Virus record (IMG/VR): IMGVR_UViG_3300030333_003876
Location: 1-31,534 of that record
Strand: one strand, 5' to 3'
DNA from: a virus
Lineage: Duplodnaviria > Caudoviricetes
DNA length: 31,534 nucleotides
Shown: piece by piece, positions 16,401-24,491 of the stretch
Position numbering within the stretch: the stretch's first letter is position 1
Layout: every line of letters begins with the position of its first letter
Position numbers and translations under genes: made by a program
The notes under the pieces: generated by a model
Told to the model about the DNA's origin: nothing
The model's input: the letters and a program-made list of their open reading frames with translations, nothing else
The model's database searches: none

Positions 16401-19400
16401 GCTCAAGCTTTTAAAAAAGAATACGACAGATTAGTAGATGATTTAATTAAGCAAAGACAAAAAAAAGAAACTGAAGGTATAGAGTTGCAAAAAGACGGTA
16501 AAAAAGTAGAAAAGTTTTTTGATGACCCTAAACTAGACAAAAAAGATGAAGAGCAACAATTAAGAGAATTAACTGAAACACAAGAGTTTAAATCTTGGTT
16601 TGGAAAATCAAAAGCTGTTGACGCAAACGGAAACCCTATGGTTTTATATCATGGCTCTACTGCTGATTGGTATGAGTATGATATATCTAAAGCTGGCAAT
16701 GTTGGTCAAGATTATTATGGAGCAGGGATTTACACTACACCTAATGAGTTTATAGCAAACATGTTTACAGGACCAAAAGACTCTGAGGTTAAAGGTTCTA
16801 TATATCCTCTATTTGTATCTATACAAAATCCTATACTACTAGACTCTAAAAACGAAACTAAATTTAGCGATGAACAAATAGAGTCTTTAATAAAAAACTC
16901 ACCTAATTTAGAATCAACCTTAAGAAATCAAGTAGAATATGCAAGGTTTGTTAGAGAGCAAGTTTCTAATAAAGACATAATACAGGTTATAGATAACATT
17001 ATAAATACATCTAACTCTTTTAATCAAACCAATAAAACAGACAAAGATTACGCTGACATGATTGGTCCTTATACTGAAAATATAGTTCGTTTTTATCAGT
17101 TATTAAACAATACAAAATTAAAAGTTACAGACTTAATACCTGAAAACACTAAAGAAATGTTACAGCGCATAGACTTTTCTTTTTACAGGACACCTACAAA
17201 ACTACAAAAAGATTTAGACGGAAGTTATGTGCCAAAACCATCTGTAACTTTAGGAGCATCAGAAAACTCAGAAGGTGTTCAAAACTTTCATAAAGCTTTA
17301 AATGATATAGGATATGACGGAATATTTGCTGATGAAATAACTACAGGAGATAAGTTTGGTTATAATGTTTATTTAGCATTTAAACCAAATCAAATAAAAT
17401 CAATATATAACACAGGTAATTTTGGTTTAGCTACAGACAATATATTAAACAGAGAACTAGAAGAAAAACAAAAAGTAATAAAAGGATTTGATGAAAAAAC
17501 ACCTCAAACTATTACGGAATTAGTAAGGGGAGACGAAACTAAAAATGTTATAGTAGCTCCATATTTTGAACAAACTGTAAAAAATCAAAAAGAAGCTGCT
17601 GATGTTAGAAACACTACTTCTTATAAAACATATACACAGTCTTTAAGAAATTTAGCAGAACAAATGGGATTTACTGCTTTAGTAGATGATATAATTGGTG
17701 GGTATGAAAACGATGCTGGAAACAAAATAGTAGAAGTTTCTAATGTAGTGAGACTTGTTAAAAGTCAAGGAGCATTTGATTTAGTGCCTACAATAGAAGA
17801 AGCTATGGAGTTTGCTTCTATGGCTGCGGCATTAGCCCCAGAAGTGCAAGAAGCAACTATTGCGGGTCAGTATGTAGAAGAAGGTTCTGAAAATCACAAC
17901 GCAAACGAATACAAAATATTTATGGGTAGGGACAACATAGATGCTACAATAGAAGCCCTTAAAGCAGCTAAAATTTATAACTATTCTATAAATGAAGATG
18001 AGGGTAGTGTTGCTTTTATAGACGTGTTTGATTTTCAAGATGTGGAATTGTCAAAAAAAATAGGTACCTTTATACAAGAACTAAACAAAAGAAACGTTAA
18101 TTATGACAAAAAAGAATACTCCCCAGTTGACAGCAGATACATCTCCAGAGACGATAGGCAGACAATTTTTAAAAGAATTGAAAGCACAGGGTCCATCAAC
18201 GAAGAAGATAAACCAGACCTTTATAAAACGCTCAGCTTAGCACAGCAAAGAGATAATTATACAGAAGAAGGGTTATACAGAATATTAACAGAAAAGCAAT
18301 CAAAAGCTTTTTATCACAGGTCTTTAAGATACAGAAAAAATTTACCTATAGTAAAAGATTCTTGGGCTTCAGCATTTAACATACAAAAGGGTTTAACAGA
18401 AAAATACGTAAGAGGAAAAGCTGGCGTGTCTTTTGGTGAGTTCGCTGAAGATATAGAGATATTATCTAGATATAATTTATATAAAAGTTCTAAAAAAGTT
18501 GCAAGAGATTTTCATAATGCTGTTTTACCTCTAATAGAAAAAACAGTACCTACAAGAGACGATGTTGTAAAAGCAAAAGACTTAGCTGACCAATTAAACA
18601 AAAGGTTTAATTCTACAAAACAATATGTAGATGAAATATCTTCTTACGTGTCTTTATATCCAGATGTAAATATAAATTCTTTAAACAAAGATGAAGTAAT
18701 TCAAATTATGGAAGAGGTTTATCAAGAAGAATTAACAGAAGACGAAAAAGATAAAATAAAAACTAATTTAAAAGACATAAAAAAAAGAGCTGTAGAAATG
18801 GAAAAAGTACACAGTGAAAAAAATCTTGACACAAAATTTGAAATAAAAGCAATAAAAAGTTTTTTAGTTAGACAAGCAGAAGAAATTATTAACAAAAAAA
18901 CTAAAACAGAAAACGATTTAAAAAAGTATGTTTTATCTGATAAAGACATAGAGCTTATAGAAAAAGCATTAAAAAAATCTACTCTTCCTGTAGACGACAT
19001 AAAACAAGTTATAAATAATTTAAAAACTAACAGAAAACTTTTAGGTAACGTTGCTAAAAATCAAATAAGAAAAGCAAAAAATATTAACAACTTAAACAGC
19101 GTATTAAAAAAATCAAGAAAAAAAATATTAGAGTATTTTACTAAAAAAAATAACGTTTTAGGTTTTAATATAACTCAAAACGAAATAGACACAATAGATG
19201 AAGCTTTGCCTCGTGGCGGATTTAGTAAAACACAAATAAAAGTATTAAATGACACGTTTGAAAACCATGAAGTAGAAAAGTTAGCAACTACGTTAGATGC
19301 TATATCAAATGGTTATATGCCTCCATCTACATACAGTAGAATATTAAAAAAACTTGTAAATACGGTCAGGGCAGCAGAATTGATAGAAAAAACTTCTGAA

Positions 19401-21803
19401 TTAAAGTTTTTAAAAGATGACATGGGAAGGTGGATTAGAGACCCTAAAGCTAGAGCAGAATACAGAACAAAAGAAGATTTGGGTTGGATTAGAGAAGCTG
19501 TAGATAAAGGAAAGTTAAAAAAAGAGTTTGACGATAAAATGTCTAATAGTGCTTATCCGATGTTTGGAAAAATCAGAGAAAAAGTTGTAAAAAAAATATT
19601 GCAAATTATACGAGTTAAACAAGGAACCGCAGAAGGTTACAAAAAAAACATTAACATAAAAAAACAAAACCTTTTTAAAAAAATAAAATTTTCTACAAAG
19701 TTTGAAGGTAAAGAATACACTATAAGAGATTTAAATATACTGGGTCATATGTATATGTTACATAAACAATACATAAACAACCCTTTGTCAAACAGAGTTC
19801 CAGAGTTATATACAAGTTTAATAAAAACAAGACTACAAGATAAAGATGTTGATTCTGTCAATATGGTTAATTTATTTAATGATTTTAAAAAATCAGACGC
19901 TAACATGTTAGATGTTGCTAAACTAGAATCATTATTTAAAAAATCTAATTTTATGCCTTTTATAAATTTTGCTAGAAATACTTTTGATGATTTACAAGAC
20001 AAGGTTGCTTATCTGCAAAAATACAGACTCAAAGAAAAAATACAGTTATTTTCTAATTACGTTCCTGTAATAAATTTAAAAGAAGCTGGCACAGATGGGT
20101 TATCAAAAGCTTTTAATGTTATAATATCTTCTGTTTTTAATCCAGCTGCTGTTACACCAGCTAAAACGACTATATCAAGACAAATATATAAAAACAACGA
20201 TGGTACTCCAACTACACCTATTGGAGCTAAAGCTCATTTTGATTTAGACAGAGCTATATCGTTTGCTGTACATGAAACTATAGATGATTATTACATTAAA
20301 GAAGGTCTTAAGGATGTAGGTATGACTATAGAAATAGGAAGAAAATTAGGAGACACAAGAACAAGAGACATATTAGAGTTGTTTCAAAACATGATTAAGA
20401 AAAAAGTAGAAAATAACTATAATTATGTAAAAGAATTTGGAGGAGAAAAAGTTTTACGTGGTTTAGCAACTAATTTAAGTTTAAGTTTATTAGCAAACTT
20501 TAGAAGGTTTGTTGAAATAGGAGCAAACACTATTCTTTTATTTGGAACAGCCTCACCTAAAGTAAATTTTAAAAATTTAACACCACAAAACGCATTAAAT
20601 TCTTACAAAAATGCTTTTGAAATTACAAGAATTTTTAATTCTGCTTTTAGAGAAAGATTTGTAAAAGGAGGTTTGTCTTATTTTGATTTAGAAAAAATAA
20701 GCGCTTCTCCTTTAGGCTCTGAAATAAAAGATAAAAAATTTGGTAGTAAAGCTGTAGCTAAAGGTTTATTTGAGGCAAGTAAAACAACTAGTAAAATTAT
20801 TGGTTATTCATCATATATAATTAGATTATCAGATGTTCCTTTAACACAAACGGTTTGGGGTAAAGTGTTTGAATCTGAATACAAAAGTTTAACAAAACAA
20901 GATTTTGATGTTAATAATTTAAAAGATAAAGTTTGGGTGTTAAATAATAGAGCTGCTATGAAAGAAGCTATAAACAACACAGATATAGAACTTAGTAAAG
21001 TTATGCCAGCTGTTAAGTTTGATGCTGATGTAGTAACAGGAGCTAGAGTAGGCACATCACAAATGTTATTTAATTTATTTAGCACGTTTAGAAAAACTTT
21101 AACAAACAACATGCTAAACGCTCATCGTAGTCTTTTAGGTTTAAAAGGGGGAGATATGACTAAAAAAGAAGCTATAGCTGCGCTTGCCTCAGGGACTGGT
21201 TCTATAATGTTTTATTCTGTAGTATCTGCGCAAGTTATGGGTATAATCGCAAGTTATTTTATGGAGTGGATGGGCTCAGAGGACGACGATGAAAAAAGAA
21301 GAGAAAAAGAAAGAGTAGGTTGGACAAATGGTTTAGTAGAAGCTATATTGTTTAATACGTCTTTAGGTAAATGGAACTCCATGGGTTACGCTGTTGCAAG
21401 TAGTTATTTAAGAAACGCAGGAAGACAGTATGTAAAAGAAGAACCAGAGTCTCCAAAAGAGCTATTAGAAATTACAAATAAAACATGGTTAAGTAACATG
21501 ACTTATGCCCCTTCTTATGCAAGCACAATACATCCTGTTTTTCAATATCCTTTTTCAGTAGCAGACGCAATAAAAGCTTACGATAAAGCTTCTGTTGAAG
21601 ATAAAGATATTGCGTTGTATAACGGCTTTTTAACGGTAGGTCAAGGTTTAGGGGTTCCCCACTCGTCAGACTTAAAAATATTAGTAGGAGGGTACCTTAA
21701 AAACAATGTAGGTGTGGTTAAAAATACTAATTATGGACCATACAAAAGAAGAAACGTAAGACAAAAAACACAAAGAAGAACAATAAACAGAAACAGAAGA
21801 TGA
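13410..21803 (+). CDS. Giant polyvalent virion/ejection protein (2797 aa) with zincin metallopeptidase and ART-PolyVal-like domains
   Basis: HEVIH at 15888-15902 with upstream GGRYD....AHIN and downstream KEAVTEY. FKSWFGKSKAVDANGNPMVLYHGS...GIY...GYDGI...AFKPNQIKS at about 16581-17450. Hydrophobic EG..E-containing helices and a C-terminal hydrophobic segment. Confidence 0.8.
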   Translation: MVENKNFRQIYDFLSSQFDVGTLEQFREKMNSALNRKQIYETLSTAYDMGTYESFVNKIGFKKEEIKTPHNTFESQDVVDVNLDEVQFYNPFQQQLQKDLQTAAKGINETIYGDEPYITQIKRLKDGNFLETTNLDGNLIRESHRMKADIDPISKKPVVFPTLYPKVENPSNNPEDWIMFDNNAEAIKHARKNDELYFGYPSSTGVIPFKKLSEANKYAKEGYKKLKTYKEFNDNLFKYMQNNPGVSEEMRYITEQGIIRRAKLRAVQEEAAKNYYDGDFKNAAQKTYGAVKDAIVHDIFFNTVGSIAADIENFIAGTDNLYGWLNDVAETKEEKDLVDFYTETYRRKGIISEEEVNEILNNGIFNNIKDGITKGDMGLLSLGFNALGTQTMRAVPTAAAIMYGGSVAASSKYLRGLSTVNRLRAGTLMSATPYGYAHSVFDEYRQDKNVSGGDRIESFARGLVEGLTEIIGVSANKVFLGSFTSRLTKKERKELVDAYLKPYKANIGMGALEEGFEEYVASIANGVIDVVADGADPYEVFPKRHKEGLDQFLVGAGAGTLITSGSRILSNKTSILEDGDIIDELNFINESINDKNVSQSTKKKLEERKNKIYDNYINNYSKKLIEFNTLDKKDLDKAIDKATELIELKMYQSELIERKNRTGKSTKRTDNLIKSNDKKINNLQKQLDEITSKAAAAKVQKDIDAKTETPVTNEQIEKEKEVAEISFDANSANEASEYVKNTGFGNLLDGISNLLKSTKKLTEGKLPFKINFYNSNKNFASISDKKITEKVAAKIGGRYDKNTNTAHINLEALRDLDPTQATVTLLHEVIHPIVEAVINANPASLKPMADFAKKDADIKKFVDGLGTKNQETLDKEAVTEYLARVASGDIKPTLTTIESFKQSVINALNSIGIKLPQSLDFQIDTEQDFKNFASRLANTLKSGATIRVDDKSEVIQEDDKFQAVKEKAREVQAKEKIFSKAADDVLKAIEANQGKEEAQAFKKEYDRLVDDLIKQRQKKETEGIELQKDGKKVEKFFDDPKLDKKDEEQQLRELTETQEFKSWFGKSKAVDANGNPMVLYHGSTADWYEYDISKAGNVGQDYYGAGIYTTPNEFIANMFTGPKDSEVKGSIYPLFVSIQNPILLDSKNETKFSDEQIESLIKNSPNLESTLRNQVEYARFVREQVSNKDIIQVIDNIINTSNSFNQTNKTDKDYADMIGPYTENIVRFYQLLNNTKLKVTDLIPENTKEMLQRIDFSFYRTPTKLQKDLDGSYVPKPSVTLGASENSEGVQNFHKALNDIGYDGIFADEITTGDKFGYNVYLAFKPNQIKSIYNTGNFGLATDNILNRELEEKQKVIKGFDEKTPQTITELVRGDETKNVIVAPYFEQTVKNQKEAADVRNTTSYKTYTQSLRNLAEQMGFTALVDDIIGGYENDAGNKIVEVSNVVRLVKSQGAFDLVPTIEEAMEFASMAAALAPEVQEATIAGQYVEEGSENHNANEYKIFMGRDNIDATIEALKAAKIYNYSINEDEGSVAFIDVFDFQDVELSKKIGTFIQELNKRNVNYDKKEYSPVDSRYISRDDRQTIFKRIESTGSINEEDKPDLYKTLSLAQQRDNYTEEGLYRILTEKQSKAFYHRSLRYRKNLPIVKDSWASAFNIQKGLTEKYVRGKAGVSFGEFAEDIEILSRYNLYKSSKKVARDFHNAVLPLIEKTVPTRDDVVKAKDLADQLNKRFNSTKQYVDEISSYVSLYPDVNINSLNKDEVIQIMEEVYQEELTEDEKDKIKTNLKDIKKRAVEMEKVHSEKNLDTKFEIKAIKSFLVRQAEEIINKKTKTENDLKKYVLSDKDIELIEKALKKSTLPVDDIKQVINNLKTNRKLLGNVAKNQIRKAKNINNLNSVLKKSRKKILEYFTKKNNVLGFNITQNEIDTIDEALPRGGFSKTQIKVLNDTFENHEVEKLATTLDAISNGYMPPSTYSRILKKLVNTVRAAELIEKTSELKFLKDDMGRWIRDPKARAEYRTKEDLGWIREAVDKGKLKKEFDDKMSNSAYPMFGKIREKVVKKILQIIRVKQGTAEGYKKNINIKKQNLFKKIKFSTKFEGKEYTIRDLNILGHMYMLHKQYINNPLSNRVPELYTSLIKTRLQDKDVDSVNMVNLFNDFKKSDANMLDVAKLESLFKKSNFMPFINFARNTFDDLQDKVAYLQKYRLKEKIQLFSNYVPVINLKEAGTDGLSKAFNVIISSVFNPAAVTPAKTTISRQIYKNNDGTPTTPIGAKAHFDLDRAISFAVHETIDDYYIKEGLKDVGMTIEIGRKLGDTRTRDILELFQNMIKKKVENNYNYVKEFGGEKVLRGLATNLSLSLLANFRRFVEIGANTILLFGTASPKVNFKNLTPQNALNSYKNAFEITRIFNSAFRERFVKGGLSYFDLEKISASPLGSEIKDKKFGSKAVAKGLFEASKTTSKIIGYSSYIIRLSDVPLTQTVWGKVFESEYKSLTKQDFDVNNLKDKVWVLNNRAAMKEAINNTDIELSKVMPAVKFDADVVTGARVGTSQMLFNLFSTFRKTLTNNMLNAHRSLLGLKGGDMTKKEAIAALASGTGSIMFYSVVSAQVMGIIASYFMEWMGSEDDDEKRREKERVGWTNGLVEAILFNTSLGKWNSMGYAVASSYLRNAGRQYVKEEPESPKELLEITNKTWLSNMTYAPSYASTIHPVFQYPFSVADAIKAYDKASVEDKDIALYNGFLTVGQGLGVPHSSDLKILVGGYLKNNVGVVKNTNYGPYKRRNVRQKTQRRTINRNRR
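18103..18240 (+). CDS. Candidate nested gene in the +1 frame of the giant protein (45 aa)
   Basis: MTKKNTPQLTADTSPETIGRQFLKELKAQGPSTKKINQTFIKRSA. A-rich leader with AATTATG start, and a codon-usage shift in the host frame over this interval. Confidence 0.5.
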   Translation: MTKKNTPQLTADTSPETIGRQFLKELKAQGPSTKKINQTFIKRSA

Positions 21804-22444
21804 CAATATCACAATCTATACAACTAGCATATAAAGCAAAAGGATATAAGTTTTTTCCTAGTGGGGAATATAATTTAAATATTTTTGGTATACGAAACGC
21901 AACAAGAGAAGCGGGCAAATTTGATGATAAAATTGGCGTTATGTATCTTGATGATAGTAAACAAGCACATGTACACTTGTGGTCAGCAACGACTGACCCT
22001 GGAATACACTGGTTAAGGAATCCTTTAAATAAAAACGGTACAGCCATTATGGTAAAGGGTCAATACAGAGGAGCTTATAAACTAGGAATACATGGAAGAA
22101 CTTGGGCTAGCGGTGGATATAAAGCTTTAGAGCAAGTTAGACCTATGCAATACGTTAGAGACAATAATCAAGATGATGTTTTAGATTTTAATTTAGCAGA
22201 AAACAAAGAGAATGTTTTTGAGGCTGTTTTGAAAACAAACATACACAGAGCAAGCAAATGGAAGCTTTTACAGTTTATTGGAAAGTACTCCGCAGGGTGT
22301 CAAGTCTTCAGAAGCATAGATGATTTTAATTTATTAATATCTTTATGTGAGAAACAAATAGAGAACGGACATGGTAACTCTTTTACTTACACGTTGTTTG
22401 ATAGCTATGAGGTATTTAAAAACAACTGGAAAAAATTTATATAA
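21800..22444 (+). CDS. Putative endolysin with YkuD/L,D-transpeptidase-like His...SAGC motif
   Basis: NIHRA-x-SAGCQV at 22244-22300, plus ATTDPG and GQY motifs. Immediately upstream of a holin. Confidence 0.6.
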   Translation: MTISQSIQLAYKAKGYKFFPSGEYNLNIFGIRNATREAGKFDDKIGVMYLDDSKQAHVHLWSATTDPGIHWLRNPLNKNGTAIMVKGQYRGAYKLGIHGRTWASGGYKALEQVRPMQYVRDNNQDDVLDFNLAENKENVFEAVLKTNIHRASKWKLLQFIGKYSAGCQVFRSIDDFNLLISLCEKQIENGHGNSFTYTLFDSYEVFKNNWKKFI

Positions 22445-22851
22445 TGTCTAAAATTTTAGGAAAAATATTTGGTAATGCCGCAGGCGGAATAGTAGAAAAA
22501 TTAGGAAATGTTGCTGACAAATTTATTACTACAGGAGATGAAAAAAGAAAATTCCAAAAGGAAATGGAAACTATTTTTATTAACGCTGAGGCAGAAATGC
22601 AAAAGAACGTTACAGAACGTTGGAAGGCAGACTTAGAACACGGTAACTGGTTAACAAGAAGTGTAAGACCTTTAGTGTTAATATTTTTAATAGTAAGTAC
22701 AGTTCTTTTGGTTTTTATAGACAGTGGCTCTATACAGTTTGAAGTAGCTGAAAAATGGGTGGATTTATTACAATTAACTCTAATAACTACCGTAGGAGCA
22801 TTTTTTGGAGGTCGCTCATACGAAAAGGGTCAGCGTATAATAAATAAATAA
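22444..22851 (+). CDS. Holin (GTA-type 3TM holin family)
   Basis: DKFITT.DEK...RWKAD...WL.RSVRPLVLIFL...GAFFGGRSYEK is the pattern of this holin family. Confidence 0.8.
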   Translation: MSKILGKIFGNAAGGIVEKLGNVADKFITTGDEKRKFQKEMETIFINAEAEMQKNVTERWKADLEHGNWLTRSVRPLVLIFLIVSTVLLVFIDSGSIQFEVAEKWVDLLQLTLITTVGAFFGGRSYEKGQRIINK

Positions 22852-22873
22852 TGTGTAAATAAATTAATTAATT

Positions 22874-23089
22874 ATGTGGAGTATTTTTAAAGATGAAAAT
22901 GATTATAACGAAAAAGCAATAGTAGGCTTCATATCGTTTAGTGTTATGGTAGTATTTGCTATATTTGATTTAGCAACAGGCTTCTTTGGGAAAGACCTTG
23001 TTATAAATGAAATTATATACAATTCGTTTGTATGGGTTTCTCTTGGTAGTTTTGGTATTGCTGGTGTAGAAAAGTTTGCTAAAAAATGA
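22874..23089 (+). CDS. Small two-TM membrane protein (possible second holin/antiholin)
   Basis: Two hydrophobic helices, C-terminal GSFGIAGVEKFAKK, adjacent to the lysis genes. Confidence 0.55.
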   Translation: MWSIFKDENDYNEKAIVGFISFSVMVVFAIFDLATGFFGKDLVINEIIYNSFVWVSLGSFGIAGVEKFAKK

Positions 23090-23259
23090 AAGTAAAAGGT
23101 ATTAACGTAGACGCTTTAACTAAAAGACAACAAAATGTTTTAAAAAAACATTCTAAGCATCATACTGTTAAGCACATACGTAGCATGGTAACTGCAATGC
23201 GAGGCGGAGCAACCTTTAAACAATCACATAATATAGCAATGAAAAAAGTAGGAAAATAA
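23086..23259 (+). CDS. Small basic His-rich protein (57 aa; not in ORF track)
   Basis: MKVKGINVDALTKRQQNVLKKHSKHHTVKHIRSMVTAMRGGATFKQSHNIAMKKVGK. ATGA and TAATG couplings on both sides. Confidence 0.75.
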   Translation: MKVKGINVDALTKRQQNVLKKHSKHHTVKHIRSMVTAMRGGATFKQSHNIAMKKVGK

Positions 23260-23507
23260 TGTTAAGTGAAAAACAATTAAAAATAGCAAGATTATCAGGT
23301 AACCCTAAAAAAATAGAGGCATCTGATTTTAGTAAATTAAGAAGTATGAAAAAGAAAAAACTAGGTTACGGAAACAACAGTTCAGCAATAGCTAAATATA
23401 CAGCTATAACAGGTAAGTCTGATAAAGTTAAAGGTGTTATGGGAACTAAACCTATACCTAAACTTAAGTTTGGTAGCAACAGCAAAAAAATGCGAGGTTA
23501 TTATTAA
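23259..23507 (+). CDS. Small basic hypothetical protein
   Basis: Lys-rich, with LS.KQ.KIA......KI...DF.KLR N-terminus. Translationally coupled. Confidence 0.7.
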   Translation: MLSEKQLKIARLSGNPKKIEASDFSKLRSMKKKKLGYGNNSSAIAKYTAITGKSDKVKGVMGTKPIPKLKFGSNSKKMRGYY

Positions 23508-23674
23508 TGACAAAGGTCAAAGAAAACATTGATATAGAAACAAAAACTAATTTACTATCTGAGTTAGTAGAGGTAGCTAGAGCTATAGAAGAAGCTCAAA
23601 TACCAGACAGATTAATTTTAGAAATGCAGATATGGGATAAAATTAGAGAGATTGTAGAGTCAATTAAGGTATGA
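23507..23674 (+). CDS. Small helical hypothetical protein (55 aa; not in ORF track)
   Basis: MTKVKENIDIETKTNLLSELVEVARAIEEAQIPDRLILEMQIWDKIREIVESIKV. TAATG coupling. Confidence 0.65.
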   Translation: MTKVKENIDIETKTNLLSELVEVARAIEEAQIPDRLILEMQIWDKIREIVESIKV

Positions 23675-23707
23675 CCCCACAAACACATAAGTTAAAAATA
23701 TAATATT

Positions 23708-23715
23708 TAAATTTG
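23708..23715 (+). promoter_or_regulatory. Bacteroidota-type -7 element TAAATTTG, only 5 nt before the ATG
   Basis: TAAATTTG-TAATT-ATG in an intergenic gap. Confidence 0.55.
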
Positions 23716-23720
23716 TAATT

Positions 23721-24161
23721 ATGGCAACACTAACAGTAACGGTAACAGAAGCTTTAACCCTTAACAACACAGAACAGGGTGGTACAGTAACGCAATCTAT
23801 ATCTGGTATTAACGATACACTTAAAAGGATAATATCTGTTCCAACATCAGAAGTTAATTTATATGAAGCACACGATACTAATGTAGCTGGAAATACGTTT
23901 GATGACGACAACATTAAGTATGTTAGAATATCAAATTTAGATGCTACAAATTACGTTTCTTTAATTATAAAAAACGCAAGTAATGACGAGTTTACTTATA
24001 AGGTAGGAGCGGGAGAATCGTTTTTATTACACGGTCATAATGCTTCTGTAGATGCTGCTGCTGGGGCTATAACACTAGGTAGTGAAGCTAGTATTACTCT
24101 TGTAAGCGCAAAGGCAGATACAGCTGTTGTAGATGTAGAGGTTTTTATAGCTAGTGCGTAA
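23721..24161 (+). CDS. Beta-rich putative virion (decoration-like) protein
   Basis: Thr/Val/Ala-rich, acidic protein with KYVRISNLDATNYVSL and a VDVEVFIASA end. The function is inferred. Confidence 0.5.
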   Translation: MATLTVTVTEALTLNNTEQGGTVTQSISGINDTLKRIISVPTSEVNLYEAHDTNVAGNTFDDDNIKYVRISNLDATNYVSLIIKNASNDEFTYKVGAGESFLLHGHNASVDAAAGAITLGSEASITLVSAKADTAVVDVEVFIASA

Positions 24162-24301
24162 TGAGAAAGTGTTGTTGTGATGAAAATTTGGAGGAGTGCG
24201 ACTGCGTTTGTTTTTTAGACGAAAGTCAAAGAAACAAATTTGTTGAAAAAGAACCCTCTTGCAATTTAGGAGACGAAGAGTGTATAAGTTGTGGGAGCTA
24301 A
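24161..24301 (+). CDS. Cys-rich acidic peptide (46 aa, 9 Cys; not in ORF track)
   Basis: MRKCCCDENLEECDCVCFLDESQRNKFVEKEPSCNLGDEECISCGS. TAATG-coupled, and fills the gap exactly. Confidence 0.75.
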   Translation: MRKCCCDENLEECDCVCFLDESQRNKFVEKEPSCNLGDEECISCGS

Positions 24302-24491
24302 AAGAAATTATAAAAGAGAGTATAAACTGTTTCAATCGTCTAAAAAGATGAAAAGATACAGAGCTCGCTTGAATAGATATAATAGAAGAAGAGGCACGTA
24401 TGGTAATGGAGATGGATTAGATGCCTCACATAAAAATGGTAGAATTGTTGGTTTTGAAAACCAAAGTATAAATAGAAGTAGAAAAACATGA
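24291..24491 (+). CDS. Small basic degenerate HNH-like protein
   Basis: RA.LNR.NR..G..GDGLDASH...S.NR resembles minimal HNH proteins of the T7 gp7.7 type. GTG start. Confidence 0.55.
   Translation: MGAKRNYKREYKLFQSSKKMKRYRARLNRYNRRRGTYGNGDGLDASHKNGRIVGFENQSINRSRKT

Noticed and set aside
17417-17523. Internal TAATTTTG and a short +1 ORF (MKKHLKLLRN) after the ART domain
   Set aside because: Only 10 codons, normal host-frame codon usage, and the motif is expected by chance.
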